Shown here piece after piece: positions 1 to 9,048 of a stretch of DNA of 64,000 nucleotides. Within the stretch, counting starts at the first letter, position 1. The number at the start of each line of letters is the position of its first letter. The stretch lies in contig JAJEIY010000001.1 in NCBI GenBank assembly GCA_022828085.1, positions 35,180-99,179 of the forward strand. The letters are read 5' to 3'. A program made the translations under genes and the position numbers. The notes below the pieces were generated by a model. It did no database searches and was not told the DNA's origin. It saw only the letters and a list, made by a program, of their open reading frames with translations. Origin of the DNA: Acidobacteriota bacterium (GTDB taxonomy: Bacteria; Acidobacteriota; Vicinamibacteria; Marinacidobacterales; Marinacidobacteraceae).

Positions 1-189
1 ACCCCGTCCACCGCGACCTCGCCGGCCTCCGGCGCCATCAGGCCGTAGAGCATCCGCAGCGTCGTGGACTTCCCGGCGCCGTTCGGGCCGAGGAGCCCCG
101 TGATCGCTCCGTCTTCCGCGGCGAAGCTCACGTCGTCCACCGCGACGACCTCGCCGAAGGTCTTGCGAAGACCCGAGACCCGGATCATT
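1..189 (-). CDS. ABC transporter ATP-binding protein (N-terminal part only; gene continues beyond window start)
   Basis: The reverse-strand translation from the ATG at 189 reads MIRVSGLRKTFGEVVAVDDVSFAAEDGAITGLLGPNGAGKSTTLRMLYGL, which contains a Walker A motif GPNGAGKST. Its start overlaps the stop of the upstream hydrolase as ATGA. Confidence 0.8.
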
Positions 190-1702
190 GTTGGTTGCCC
201 GGTCTGGGATCGACCGGTCCGGTGGCCGACCGCCAGAACGGCGGCCGCGCGACGCCGGACAGACAGGACGCATCCAGGCCCGCCGGATCGGCGCCATCGA
301 AGAACTCGCCGATCAGCCGCGTCGCGCAGCCGGCCCGGAGGGTGCCGTGCCCGGTCCCCGGGACGACCAGATGCCGCGAATTCGGCAGCGTCGCCGCCGC
401 GTGCTCCCCCCACCGCGGCGGGGTGACCGGATCGAGCTCCCCGGACAGGATGAGGACCGGCGCGTCCGAACGCACCGGTTCGCGGTAGCCGTCCGGGATC
501 TCGCCGCGTGGCCAGACGGCGCACGCCTCGAGCATCTGCTCGGTCATGAGTTCGCCGACGAAACTCTCCTCGGCGGCGTCCGCGGCCTCGTCGAGCGTCA
601 GGAAGGGAACGTCCTCGGCGCACAGGACCGACAGGAACATGCCGATCGCCAGTTGGGGCCCGGCGACCGGGTCGGCGAACACCATCAGGGGTCCGAAGTC
701 ACCGTCGAGGGCGCTCTCCACCATCAGGGGCACGAGGGCGGCGCTCGACGGGCTGTAGAGGACCGCCCGCAGCACGCCGGCCACCAGCTCGCGGTTGATG
801 GGGACCTCCTGCCAGTCCCCGGTTCGCGGGTGGCGGATCCGGTACTCGCGGGGCGGGTCCTGATCGAGGCTCGCGAGGAGCGTCTCGATCGAGTCCCGCA
901 GGCCGGGAAAGCGGGCGTCGCACGCCGGGTCGGCGCCGCAGGCGGCGGTGAGCAGGTTCAACGCCCGTTCGCCGTCCTCGGGAAAGTGGAGCGGGATCCG
1001 CATGTCCACCGGCGCCACTCCGTCGAGGACGACGCTCCGCACGCTGTCCGGATGCCGGCGGAGGAACACGGTGGCCGCCCGGGTGCCGTAGGAGCCGCCC
1101 CAGAGATTGACGGGTCCGTATCCCAGGGCGACCCGCACCTCCTCCAGATCGTCCATGGCGACCGGGGTGGTGTAGTGCTCCGGGCTCGCGTCCAGCGAGT
1201 CCAGGCAGTCCTGCCAGTCTTCCTCCGACAGTTCTTCGGGCATGCTGTCGAAGTACCCGGTCCGCTCTTCGAGGAAATCGCAAGTGAGCGGGTTGGATTC
1301 GCCCGTGCCGCGCTGGTCCACGAACACGGAGTCGCGATTCCGGAACAGGTCCGGGGCCAGGCCCCGCAGGAGCGGCGCGAGTTCCGTGGCCGCCTGCCCC
1401 GGCCCGCCGGCCAGGTAGAACACGGGGTCCGGCTCGGCGTTTTGTTCGGTGGCCGGGAGGACCATGATGTTCAGGCCGATCTTCCGTCCTTCGGGATCGG
1501 CCCGGTTCTCCAGAACCTCGAGGACCCCGCAGAGCGCGCCTTCGGGTCCCTCGCCGGGCGCGCAGTCCGAAACGACGCTCGCCGGCTCCGCTTCCCCGTC
1601 GGCCGGCTCCTCCGGGTCCTCGGACCCGGATCGGAGAAGGACCACGCCCCCGGCAATTCCCAGCGCGGCGAGGAGGCGCCACCTGCGTGGAATTCCTGAC
1701 AA
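185..1702 (-). CDS. Secreted alpha/beta hydrolase, S33 (TAP-like / proline iminopeptidase-like) peptidase family
   Basis: The ORF is 505 aa with an N-terminal signal-like region (LLAALGIAGGVVLL) and a nucleophile elbow GGSYG in an alpha/beta-hydrolase context. Its stop TGA overlaps the ATG of the downstream ABC ATPase, which suggests translational coupling. Confidence 0.75.
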   Translation of the reverse strand: MSGIPRRWRLLAALGIAGGVVLLRSGSEDPEEPADGEAEPASVVSDCAPGEGPEGALCGVLEVLENRADPEGRKIGLNIMVLPATEQNAEPDPVFYLAGGPGQAATELAPLLRGLAPDLFRNRDSVFVDQRGTGESNPLTCDFLEERTGYFDSMPEELSEEDWQDCLDSLDASPEHYTTPVAMDDLEEVRVALGYGPVNLWGGSYGTRAATVFLRRHPDSVRSVVLDGVAPVDMRIPLHFPEDGERALNLLTAACGADPACDARFPGLRDSIETLLASLDQDPPREYRIRHPRTGDWQEVPINRELVAGVLRAVLYSPSSAALVPLMVESALDGDFGPLMVFADPVAGPQLAIGMFLSVLCAEDVPFLTLDEAADAAEESFVGELMTEQMLEACAVWPRGEIPDGYREPVRSDAPVLILSGELDPVTPPRWGEHAAATLPNSRHLVVPGTGHGTLRAGCATRLIGEFFDGADPAGLDASCLSGVARPPFWRSATGPVDPRPGNQQ

Positions 1703-1798
1703 CTTGCCGAATCCTATTTCGTTCTCGTTCGGGGGCTTGCTACGCCGATGCCTGGCCGAACGTTCCCCTCCCGGACTCGGGAGTGGGGCCCGAACCCG

Positions 1799-4291
1799 TC
1801 AGGCGAGCCAGCTCTTCCGCGCCTGCGGGTGCTCGGACCGGAGCGCCTGCACCACATTCAGGCGGGAGGCGGCGGTGGCGGGCTGAAGCGCCGCCGCCAG
1901 TACGGCGGCGAGGAGCAGCAGCGGCACCAGGGCGTAGACGACCGGGTCGAGCGGCGTGATCTCGAAGAGCAGGGGACTCAGTTCACTGCCGGCCACGCGG
2001 ACGAGCACGAAGGCGAGGAGCAGCCCCGGTAACAGCCCGAAAGCCGCGATGCGCAGCGCGTCGCGGAGCACCAGCCGGCGGATGTCCGCCGGGGTGGCGC
2101 CGAATGCCATGCGCACGCCGTGCGACGGGACCCGCGCGTTCGCCTGGAACCCGACGACCCCGAAGACGCCCCAGGCGGCGAGCAGCAGCGCCGCGGCGGC
2201 GAAGCCGCCGAGAAGCAACGCGTAGAGCCGGGGCTGGGCGACCGATTCCCGGATGCGGTCTCCCAGCGTGCGGGGATTCAGGGCGGCCAACTCGGCGTCG
2301 ACTTCCCCGAGCCGGGCCGTGGCGGCTTCCAGGACGGAGGCGCCCGGCGCGTGCCGGAGCACCACGCTCCTCCGGATGACGTCTCCGCCGCCCGGCATCC
2401 GTTCGTCGCCGTCCAGGCGATAGAGGATCGGCTCGGGCGGCGTGTCCACGCCTTCCTCGTACACGTCGCCCACCACCCCGACGATCATGCCCATGCCCGC
2501 CAGTTCGAGACCGACCGGCGGGTCCGACAGGTACCGCTGGACGAGGCTCTCGTTCACGATCGAGACCGCGCCCGGGTTGGACCGGTCGCTCTCCTCGAAC
2601 GCCCGCCCCTCCCGGAGCGGGATCCCCATGGCCTGGAAATATCCCGGCGACACGCGGCGGAAAAGGGCGCGCGGCACCCGGTTCGGGTCGGTCGTGGGTG
2701 CTTCGTCGATCCGCTGGAAACCGATGACCGCCCGCTCCCCGCTCAGCGGAAGTGTGTCCACGACGCCTGCGTGGGTGACCCCGGGGACCGCAGCCAGGGA
2801 CTCGCGGATACGGTCGAACAGCGCGGTCTGTCCCGCGGTGTCCGGGTAGCGGTCGGCGGCGACCTGGACCTCGAAGACCGCGGTGTTCGCCGGCTCGTAC
2901 CCCGGCGGCGCGCTGACCAGGGCCAGGAAACTCCGGGTCAGCAGGCCGGCGCCGATCAGCAGCGGGAGCGCCAGCGCGAGCTGGAGGGCCGCGAAGAGGC
3001 CCCGGTATCCCAGGCCGCGCGAACTCGCGCCGAGCGGAGCCGATTCGCCCCGCGCCGAGGCGTCGAGCGCCGCTGCCGGGTCGCGCGAAGACGCCTTCAG
3101 CGCCGGGAGGGTTCCGAACAACAGCGCCGCAAGCCCGGCGACCCCGAACGTGAAGCCGACGACCCGGAGATCCACGCTCGCCGCCGCGAGCTGGGGCAGG
3201 CCGAGGACCGTCAGGGAACGCACCAGGCCGGCCCCGGCCACCGCCAGGAGGGCGCCGAAGGCCCCGGCGACCGCAGCCAGCAGCACGCTTTCCGCGAGCA
3301 GCCGGCGCACGAGGCGCGACCGGCCGGCGCCGAGGGCGCTCCGTACCGCGAGTTCCCGTTCCCGCCAGGCGGCGCGGGTGAGCAGCAGGTTCGCCACGTT
3401 CCCGCAGACGATGAGCAGCACGAGCAGGGTGACCCCGAAGAGCGCCATGAGCGGCTGCCGGATCCGGCGCGTGGAGCGCTCGGTGAACGAGCCGAGGTGC
3501 ACGCTCACGCCCTCGTTCAGCATCCGCTGGACCTCGCTCTCCTCGCTCAGCCGGGCGATGAGCGCCGCCGCTTCGTCCTCGGCCTGCTCGATGCCGACGC
3601 CGTCCCGCAGCCGGCCCACCACCTGGACCAGTTCGAGCCGGACCTGGCCGGGCTGGAGGTTGGCGGGCGGCTCCGTCGGGTAGGGGACGTAGATCTCGGT
3701 GGTGGGAATCGGGAAGCCGAAGTCCGGAGGCATGACGCCGACGATCTGAAAGCTCCGGTCGTTGAGACTGAGGGCCTGCCCGAGAATCCCGGGATCGCCT
3801 CCGAACTCCCGCACCCAGAAGGCGTGGCTCAGGATCACGACGGCGTCGCGCCCGGGGATCGCCTCTTCGGAACGGAAGGATCGCCCGAGTGCGGGTGGGA
3901 CGCCCAGGATCTCGAACAGCTCGGGTGACACCTGTTCCGCGGACAGCGGGCGCGGCTCGCCGGGAGCCGCCGAGAGTCCGCGGTAGGCGACCGGGCGGTC
4001 GCCGTACATCGCGAGCCCGTCGAACACCGTATTCGCGTCGCGCCAGCGGCGGAAGTGGTCGGTGGAGAACGCCGCCACCTCGTCCGGCATCGGAAGGCGG
4101 GGACGCCGTTCCCACACCTGCATCAGGCGTTCCGGCTCGTGGTAGTCGGGCGCCTTCAGCAGCACTCCGTAGACCGCCGAGAAGACGGTCGAAGTCGCCC
4201 CGATCCCGAGGGCGAGCGGAACGCACACCAGCAGCGCGAACCCCGGCCGCTTCGAGAGGCTCTTCAGCGCTTCAGCGAACTCGTGGAACAT
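1799..4291 (-). CDS. ADOP/MacB-like ABC transporter permease with duplicated FtsX domains
   Basis: The protein is about 830 aa with two 4-TM FtsX-like blocks separated by a large periplasmic domain. It begins with the typical N-terminus MFHEFAEALKSLSKRPGFALLV. The track ORF extends to 4318 (MRENCRGTAMFHEF); the ATG at 4291 is preferred. Confidence 0.8.
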   Translation of the reverse strand: MFHEFAEALKSLSKRPGFALLVCVPLALGIGATSTVFSAVYGVLLKAPDYHEPERLMQVWERRPRLPMPDEVAAFSTDHFRRWRDANTVFDGLAMYGDRPVAYRGLSAAPGEPRPLSAEQVSPELFEILGVPPALGRSFRSEEAIPGRDAVVILSHAFWVREFGGDPGILGQALSLNDRSFQIVGVMPPDFGFPIPTTEIYVPYPTEPPANLQPGQVRLELVQVVGRLRDGVGIEQAEDEAAALIARLSEESEVQRMLNEGVSVHLGSFTERSTRRIRQPLMALFGVTLLVLLIVCGNVANLLLTRAAWRERELAVRSALGAGRSRLVRRLLAESVLLAAVAGAFGALLAVAGAGLVRSLTVLGLPQLAAASVDLRVVGFTFGVAGLAALLFGTLPALKASSRDPAAALDASARGESAPLGASSRGLGYRGLFAALQLALALPLLIGAGLLTRSFLALVSAPPGYEPANTAVFEVQVAADRYPDTAGQTALFDRIRESLAAVPGVTHAGVVDTLPLSGERAVIGFQRIDEAPTTDPNRVPRALFRRVSPGYFQAMGIPLREGRAFEESDRSNPGAVSIVNESLVQRYLSDPPVGLELAGMGMIVGVVGDVYEEGVDTPPEPILYRLDGDERMPGGGDVIRRSVVLRHAPGASVLEAATARLGEVDAELAALNPRTLGDRIRESVAQPRLYALLLGGFAAAALLLAAWGVFGVVGFQANARVPSHGVRMAFGATPADIRRLVLRDALRIAAFGLLPGLLLAFVLVRVAGSELSPLLFEITPLDPVVYALVPLLLLAAVLAAALQPATAASRLNVVQALRSEHPQARKSWLA

Positions 4292-4364
4292 GGCGGTGCC
4301 GCGGCAATTCTCCCGCATGTCAGAACGCGCCCCGGACCGGCCCGTTCCCGCTCGGAGCGCCGGC

Positions 4365-5849
4365 CTACTCGCTGCGGGTCTTGGCCCGCTCTGCGAGTGG
4401 GCTTGGATAGATTTCGAGCAGCCCCGGTTCCGCCATCAGCGCCTCAATCGCATCCATTTCCATCGGCACGAACTCGGAGAGGTTCTCGGCGCCGTCCTCG
4501 GTGATCAGGATCACGTCCTCGAGGCGGATGTAGATCCGGTCCTCCGGCACCCGGAACTGGGGTTCGATGGTGAACACCATCCCCGGGGTCAGCGTGCCGT
4601 CGGCGTCACCCACGTCGTGGACCGCCATCCCCACGCCGTGCCCCATCGAGCTGCGTCCCGAAGCGCGGCGCCGGTAGGCGGCGACGAACGCTTCGGCGGC
4701 CGGCCGGTAGTGAGGCTTCGTGAAAGGCCACGTCCGCGCCAGCTCCTCCATCCGGGTGGCCGCTTCGCCCATGATGGTGGCCACGTCTCCCGGCCGGATG
4801 GCGTCCAGGATCGCCTCGTAACACGCCAGGTAGAACCCGTAGAGGTCGCGCTGCCAGGCGCTGAAGACGCCGTTCACCGGCCACATCCGGGTGACGTCGC
4901 TCGTGTAGTAACCGATGTCCGGGGCGTAGTCCATGAGGATCAGTTGCCCGTCTTCGAGCCGGCTCGCCCCGCGGTGGTAGTGCGGGTACCAGGCATTGGT
5001 CCCGGTCGCCACCAGCGAGTAGTAGGCCTCCGACTGGGCGCCGTCCCGGAAGAAGATGAACTTCCCGACGGCGTCGAGTTCGTGCTCGTAGATCCCGGGA
5101 CGGGTCGAGCGCATCGCCTCCATGAGCGTCAGTCCGGAGAGATCGGTCGCCTTGCGGATGAGGGCGACCTCCCGTTCGCTCTTGACCAGCCGCAGCCGGT
5201 CGAGCACCGGTGACAGGTCCTCGATGTCCAGCTTGGGGAAGCGGTTCCGGAGCCGGGCGGCGAAGTTCGCCTCCCGGGAGGGCCGGCCGTCCCACGGGTC
5301 GTTGGCGATGTCGGAGTTGCCCCGGGTGGCGAGGTCGCGGCTCATGCCGGCGAGCTCGGCGGGGCTGAGCGGGGTGTGAAGGGTCGGCGGGCGATTGCTC
5401 CAGGCCATCCGGGCTAGGTCGTCGCTCAGCTTCCAGGTTCCGAACACGTCGTCCACCCCGGTGAGTTCCCGGGCCAGGTCCGCGTCTTCCGCCGTCAGGA
5501 GGCGCCCCTCGGAGGCTTCCCGCCGGTCGTTCCGGTGCGGCAGGTAGAGCACCGAGCGCCGGGAGGCGCCGTCGAGCAGGAGGTAGGCGTGCGGCGTCTC
5601 CACCCCGGTGAGGTAGTAGAAGGAGTTGGTCTGCCGGAAGCGCTGGTAGGCGAGGGGGGAGCCGGCTCCCTGGAGGACCGCCGCGCCTCCCGGTCCGACC
5701 GCGTCGAGGACGGCGTCGCGGCGGGTCTGGAACTCTTCGGCGGGGAAATCCCGGGTGAAGATCGGGGCGTCCTGGGCCGTCGCGATCGAGGCGAACAGGC
5801 AGCCGATCAGGGCGGAGGTACAACGAACGGGAGTGGGCGTTGGGATCAT
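4365..5849 (-). CDS. Xaa-Pro aminopeptidase / prolidase (M24B family), secreted
   Basis: M24B signatures are present (HGVGMAVHDVG, pita-bread C-terminal domain), together with an N-terminal aminopeptidase-P-like domain. A signal peptide MIPTPTPVRCTSALIGCLFASIATAQ starts at the 31st codon of the track ORF. Confidence 0.85.
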   Translation of the reverse strand: MIPTPTPVRCTSALIGCLFASIATAQDAPIFTRDFPAEEFQTRRDAVLDAVGPGGAAVLQGAGSPLAYQRFRQTNSFYYLTGVETPHAYLLLDGASRRSVLYLPHRNDRREASEGRLLTAEDADLARELTGVDDVFGTWKLSDDLARMAWSNRPPTLHTPLSPAELAGMSRDLATRGNSDIANDPWDGRPSREANFAARLRNRFPKLDIEDLSPVLDRLRLVKSEREVALIRKATDLSGLTLMEAMRSTRPGIYEHELDAVGKFIFFRDGAQSEAYYSLVATGTNAWYPHYHRGASRLEDGQLILMDYAPDIGYYTSDVTRMWPVNGVFSAWQRDLYGFYLACYEAILDAIRPGDVATIMGEAATRMEELARTWPFTKPHYRPAAEAFVAAYRRRASGRSSMGHGVGMAVHDVGDADGTLTPGMVFTIEPQFRVPEDRIYIRLEDVILITEDGAENLSEFVPMEMDAIEALMAEPGLLEIYPSPLAERAKTRSE

Positions 5850-5926
5850 GGTCGGAGGGTCCCCCGGGTGGTTCGAACCGCACATTGGAGAGCGGAGTCG
5901 GGCGCTAGGCTTCCAATAGAAACAGA

Positions 5927-6838
5927 GTGAACATGACATTGGAAACTGAAAACGGACCTTCGCTTCCCCAGCCCGGCGTGCTGGCCGAGATCCCGTCCCA
6001 CGCGCGCTATCTGACCTTCCGGAGGCGCGCGTCCTCGCCCGGCCCGCGCGATGCGCTGGAGCGCCTCGCCGATCCCCATCCCGGGCTGCCGCTCGTCTTC
6101 GGCCTGGGCGCGTCCCTGGTGCGCGAACTGGGCGCCGAGGTCCCGGGGCTCCGGGAGTTCCCGGCCTCGAGCGGACCGGGGTTCACCGTCCCCTCCTCTC
6201 CCGCCGCGCTCTGGGTCTGGCTGCGGTCGGAGGAGCGCGGCGAGTTGGTCCATGAGACCCGCCGGGTGGAGAAGGCGCTCGCCGGCGTCTTCGTGCTGGA
6301 GGACGTGCTTGACGCATTCCGCTACCGGACGGGCCTCGACCTCACCGGCTACGAGGACGGAACCGAGAACCCGAAGGGCGAGGCGGCGGCGGAGGCGGCC
6401 ATCGTTTCCGGCAGCGGCCCCGGTCTGGACGGGTCGTCGTTCGCGGCGGTGCAGCAGTGGGTCCACGACCTCGACCGCTTCGAGTCCTTCTCGTCCCGGA
6501 CGCGGGACCACATCATCGGGCGCCGAAAGAGCGACAACGTGGAGCTCAAGGACGGGCCCGATGCGGCCCACGTCCAACGCACCGAACAGGAAGCCCCGGA
6601 CCCGCCCGTCTTTCTGCTCCGCCGCTCCATGCCCTGGGCGGACGCGCGCCGGGCAGGCCTCGTGTTCGTCGCCTTCAGCCGCAGCCTGGACGCCTTCGAG
6701 TACCACCTGTCTCGGATGACCGGGGCCGCCGACCGGATCGCGGATCACCTGTTCCGGTTCACCCGGCCGGTGACCGGGGCGTACTTCTGGTGTCCGCCCA
6801 TGCGGGACGGACGCGCCGACCTGAGCCTCCTCGGCTGA
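5927..6838 (+). CDS. Dyp-type peroxidase
   Basis: The DyP GXXDG motif DLTGYEDGTENPKG is present, and the length (about 300 aa) is typical of the DyP family. There is a GTG start at 5927 and an alternative ATG at 5933. Confidence 0.85.
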   Translation: MNMTLETENGPSLPQPGVLAEIPSHARYLTFRRRASSPGPRDALERLADPHPGLPLVFGLGASLVRELGAEVPGLREFPASSGPGFTVPSSPAALWVWLRSEERGELVHETRRVEKALAGVFVLEDVLDAFRYRTGLDLTGYEDGTENPKGEAAAEAAIVSGSGPGLDGSSFAAVQQWVHDLDRFESFSSRTRDHIIGRRKSDNVELKDGPDAAHVQRTEQEAPDPPVFLLRRSMPWADARRAGLVFVAFSRSLDAFEYHLSRMTGAADRIADHLFRFTRPVTGAYFWCPPMRDGRADLSLLG

Positions 6839-6893
6839 GTACCCGAACCGCCGCGGCGGACTGAGGGATTACCGTACGCGGCGCGGAACTTCC

Positions 6894-7562
6894 ATGCTGA
6901 CCCGTCGCCTCGTCGCCGAATTCCTCGGCACCGCCGGCCTGCTCGCGGTGATCATCGGCGCCGGCATCATGGCGGTCAACCTGTCGGGTGGGAACGACGG
7001 GGTGGCGCTCATCGGGACCACGGCGGCCATCGGCGCGGGCCTGGTCGTCCTCATCTGGCTCTTCGCCCCGGTGTCCGGTTGCCACATCAATCCCGCGGTG
7101 ACCTTGGCCTTCCTGCTCCGGAAGGAGATTTCCGGGCGCGACGCCGGGCTCTACGTGCTCGTGCAGGCGGCGGGCGGCCTCGCCGGGATGCTCGTGACCC
7201 ACCTGATGTTCGACCTGCCGCTCCTGCAGACCGCGACCCAGGTGCGGACCGGTCCGGGACAGTGGGTGTCCGAGGTGGTGGCCACCTTCGGGTTGATCCT
7301 GACGATCTTCGGCTGCATCAAGGTCCGCCCGCAGGCGGTGGCGGCCGCGGTGGGCATCTACATCTTCGCGGCCTGCTGGTTCACCGCTTCGACCTCGTTC
7401 GCGAACCCGGCGGTGACGCTCGCGCGGAGCTTCACGGACACCTTCTGTGGCATCCGCCCCCAGGACGCTCCCATGTTCGTGCTCATGGAGATCGTCGGCG
7501 CGCTCATCGCAACGCCGTTCGCAGCCTGGTTGTACCGCGCGAAGGACTCACCGGGATCCTGA
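6894..7562 (+). CDS. Aquaporin (MIP family channel)
   Basis: Two NPA boxes are present (HINPAVT and ANPAVTLAR), the protein has six hydrophobic segments, and it is 222 aa long. Confidence 0.9.
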   Translation: MLTRRLVAEFLGTAGLLAVIIGAGIMAVNLSGGNDGVALIGTTAAIGAGLVVLIWLFAPVSGCHINPAVTLAFLLRKEISGRDAGLYVLVQAAGGLAGMLVTHLMFDLPLLQTATQVRTGPGQWVSEVVATFGLILTIFGCIKVRPQAVAAAVGIYIFAACWFTASTSFANPAVTLARSFTDTFCGIRPQDAPMFVLMEIVGALIATPFAAWLYRAKDSPGS

Positions 7563-7563
7563 C

Positions 7564-8805
7564 TTGACGGAGCGCCCGGCGAAACCGGTGGAGGCCGTCG
7601 GGCGGATCGCCAGCCTGGACGTGCTGCGCGGTTTCGCGCTGCTCGGCATCCTGGTGATGAACATCCAGCTCTTTGCGATGCCGTTCGCCGCGTACCAGAA
7701 CCCGACGGCGTGGGGCGATCTCTCGGGGATCAACCTCGGCGTCTGGACCCTCAGTCACGGGTTGTTCGCGCTCAAATTCGTCACGCTGTTCTCGATCCTG
7801 TTCGGCGCCGGCATCGCCCTCTTCGCTGACCGGATCGAGGCGCGGGGCGGCCGGCCGGCGGGACTGCACTACCGGCGCATGTGGTGGCTCCTGGTCTTCG
7901 GGATGGCCCATGCCTATCTGCTGTGGAGCGGCGACATCCTGGTGGGGTATGCCCTCTGCGGCTCGGTGGTCTATCTGCTGCGCCGCCGCCGTCCACGGAC
8001 CCTGCTGGCGGCCGGCATCGCCCTCTTCTCGGTATCGAGCCTGGTGTTCCTGCTCCTGGGAGCCGTGCTGTCGCTGCCGGATGTCCCGGACGAAGCGATC
8101 CGGGAGATCGAGGCGCAGTGGGCTCCCTCTGCCACCGAACTCGATGACGAGGTTTTCGCCTACCGCGGGGACTGGAGCGAGCAGCAGGCCCAGCGGGTGG
8201 AGCATTCGCTCGGCGCTCAACTCTCCGTGTTTCCGTTGTTGCTGTTCTGGTTCAGCGGCGGCCTGATGCTGATCGGGATGGCGCTCTATCGCTGGGGGGT
8301 GCTGAGCGCCGAGCGGAGCGACGCGTTCTACGCCCGGCTGGCCACCGCCGGATTCCTGGTGGGTGCGCCGCTCATCGCGTTCGGCATCTGGTGGAACTTC
8401 GCCGGCGGCTGGAGTTGGGAGCGCTCGATGTTCTTCGGCACGCAGTTCAACCAGTGGGGCGCGGTGCCGATGGCGCTTGGGTATCTCGGCCTGGTGATGC
8501 TCGCGGTGCGCCGGGGCTTCCTGCCGGGTCTCCAGGCGCGCCTCGCGGCGGTGGGCCGGATGGCCTTCACGAACTACCTCCTGCAGACCATCCTCTGCAC
8601 CGCGATCTTCTACGGTCACGGGCTCAGCCTCTTCGCGAGCGTCGAGCGCTCCCAGCAGCTCCTGGTCGTCTTCGCGGTGTGGGCGCTCCAGCTCTGGCTG
8701 TCCCCGATCTGGCTGCGGCGGTTCTCCTATGGCCCGCTCGAATGGCTGTGGCGAACGCTGACCTACGGCCGCTTGCCCAGGGTCACCCGGAGCTCCGCCG
8801 CCTGA
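7564..8805 (+). CDS. DUF418 (YeiB-like) membrane protein
   Basis: The polytopic membrane protein carries the motif ASLDVLRGFALLGILVMN typical of the YeiB/DUF418 family. Its start is inferred as the TTG immediately after the aquaporin stop. The track ORF begins at 7447 inside the aquaporin gene. Confidence 0.6.
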   Translation: MTERPAKPVEAVGRIASLDVLRGFALLGILVMNIQLFAMPFAAYQNPTAWGDLSGINLGVWTLSHGLFALKFVTLFSILFGAGIALFADRIEARGGRPAGLHYRRMWWLLVFGMAHAYLLWSGDILVGYALCGSVVYLLRRRRPRTLLAAGIALFSVSSLVFLLLGAVLSLPDVPDEAIREIEAQWAPSATELDDEVFAYRGDWSEQQAQRVEHSLGAQLSVFPLLLFWFSGGLMLIGMALYRWGVLSAERSDAFYARLATAGFLVGAPLIAFGIWWNFAGGWSWERSMFFGTQFNQWGAVPMALGYLGLVMLAVRRGFLPGLQARLAAVGRMAFTNYLLQTILCTAIFYGHGLSLFASVERSQQLLVVFAVWALQLWLSPIWLRRFSYGPLEWLWRTLTYGRLPRVTRSSAA

Positions 8806-8914
8806 AGCCGGTAACGCCCGATCGGGTGCTGCTGCACAACCCACCCGTCATGGAAGCGGCGGAAGCGGCCTGAAACGGCGACCTCCAGTCGCCATCACCA
8901 CGCGTCAGTGCAGC

Positions 8915-9015
8915 AAGAGGGCGTTCCAAGCCGGGGGTGCCATCCGGGCAGACAGCCCTACGCGCTTGCGGGCCTGCGGCCCGCGTGCCGGTCGGAGACC
9001 GGCGTTCCAAGCCGT
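8915..9015 (-). repeat. Intergenic repeat element copy C (GGCTTGGAACGCC core plus two hairpins; reverse orientation)
   Basis: The copy contains CGCGTGCCGGTCGGAGACCGGCGTTCCAAGCCG, the reverse complement of the core seen at 28388, 62495 and 15543. Hairpin 2 is GCGGGCC-TGC-GGCCCGC. It is flanked by direct GCGTTCCAAGCC repeats at 8919 and 9001 and lies between convergent genes. Confidence 0.7.
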
Positions 9016-9017
9016 CA

Positions 9018-9048
9018 CGCCGCCGGTCGCTTCCGGCGGTGTCTTTCT
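9018..9048 (+). terminator. Candidate intrinsic terminator (plus strand)
   Basis: A stem GCCGCCGG/CCGGCGGT (8 bp including one GU) with loop TCGCTT is followed by GTCTTTCTAT. It lies between convergent genes downstream of repeat copy C. Confidence 0.35.

Noticed and set aside
188-1699. 503-aa plus-strand ORF
   Set aside because: It is the exact antisense of the S33 hydrolase gene. Its translation is a low-complexity Arg/Gly/Pro-rich run with no domain, typical of high-GC frame shadows.
1983-4226. 747-aa minus-strand ORF and 602-aa plus-strand ORF (2120-3928)
   Set aside because: These are alternative frame and antisense of the ADOP permease gene. They are Arg/Pro/Gly-rich junk with no recognisable motif.
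5865-5878. GGTTCGAACC palindrome resembling a tRNA T-loop (GGTTCGAATCC)
   Set aside because: No acceptor, D or anticodon arms can be built in the 78-bp spacer. It is a simple 10-bp palindrome in the divergent promoter between the M24 aminopeptidase and the DyP peroxidase, possibly an operator.
7504-8844. 446-aa minus-strand ORF
   Set aside because: It is antisense to the DUF418 membrane protein gene, with biased composition and no domain.
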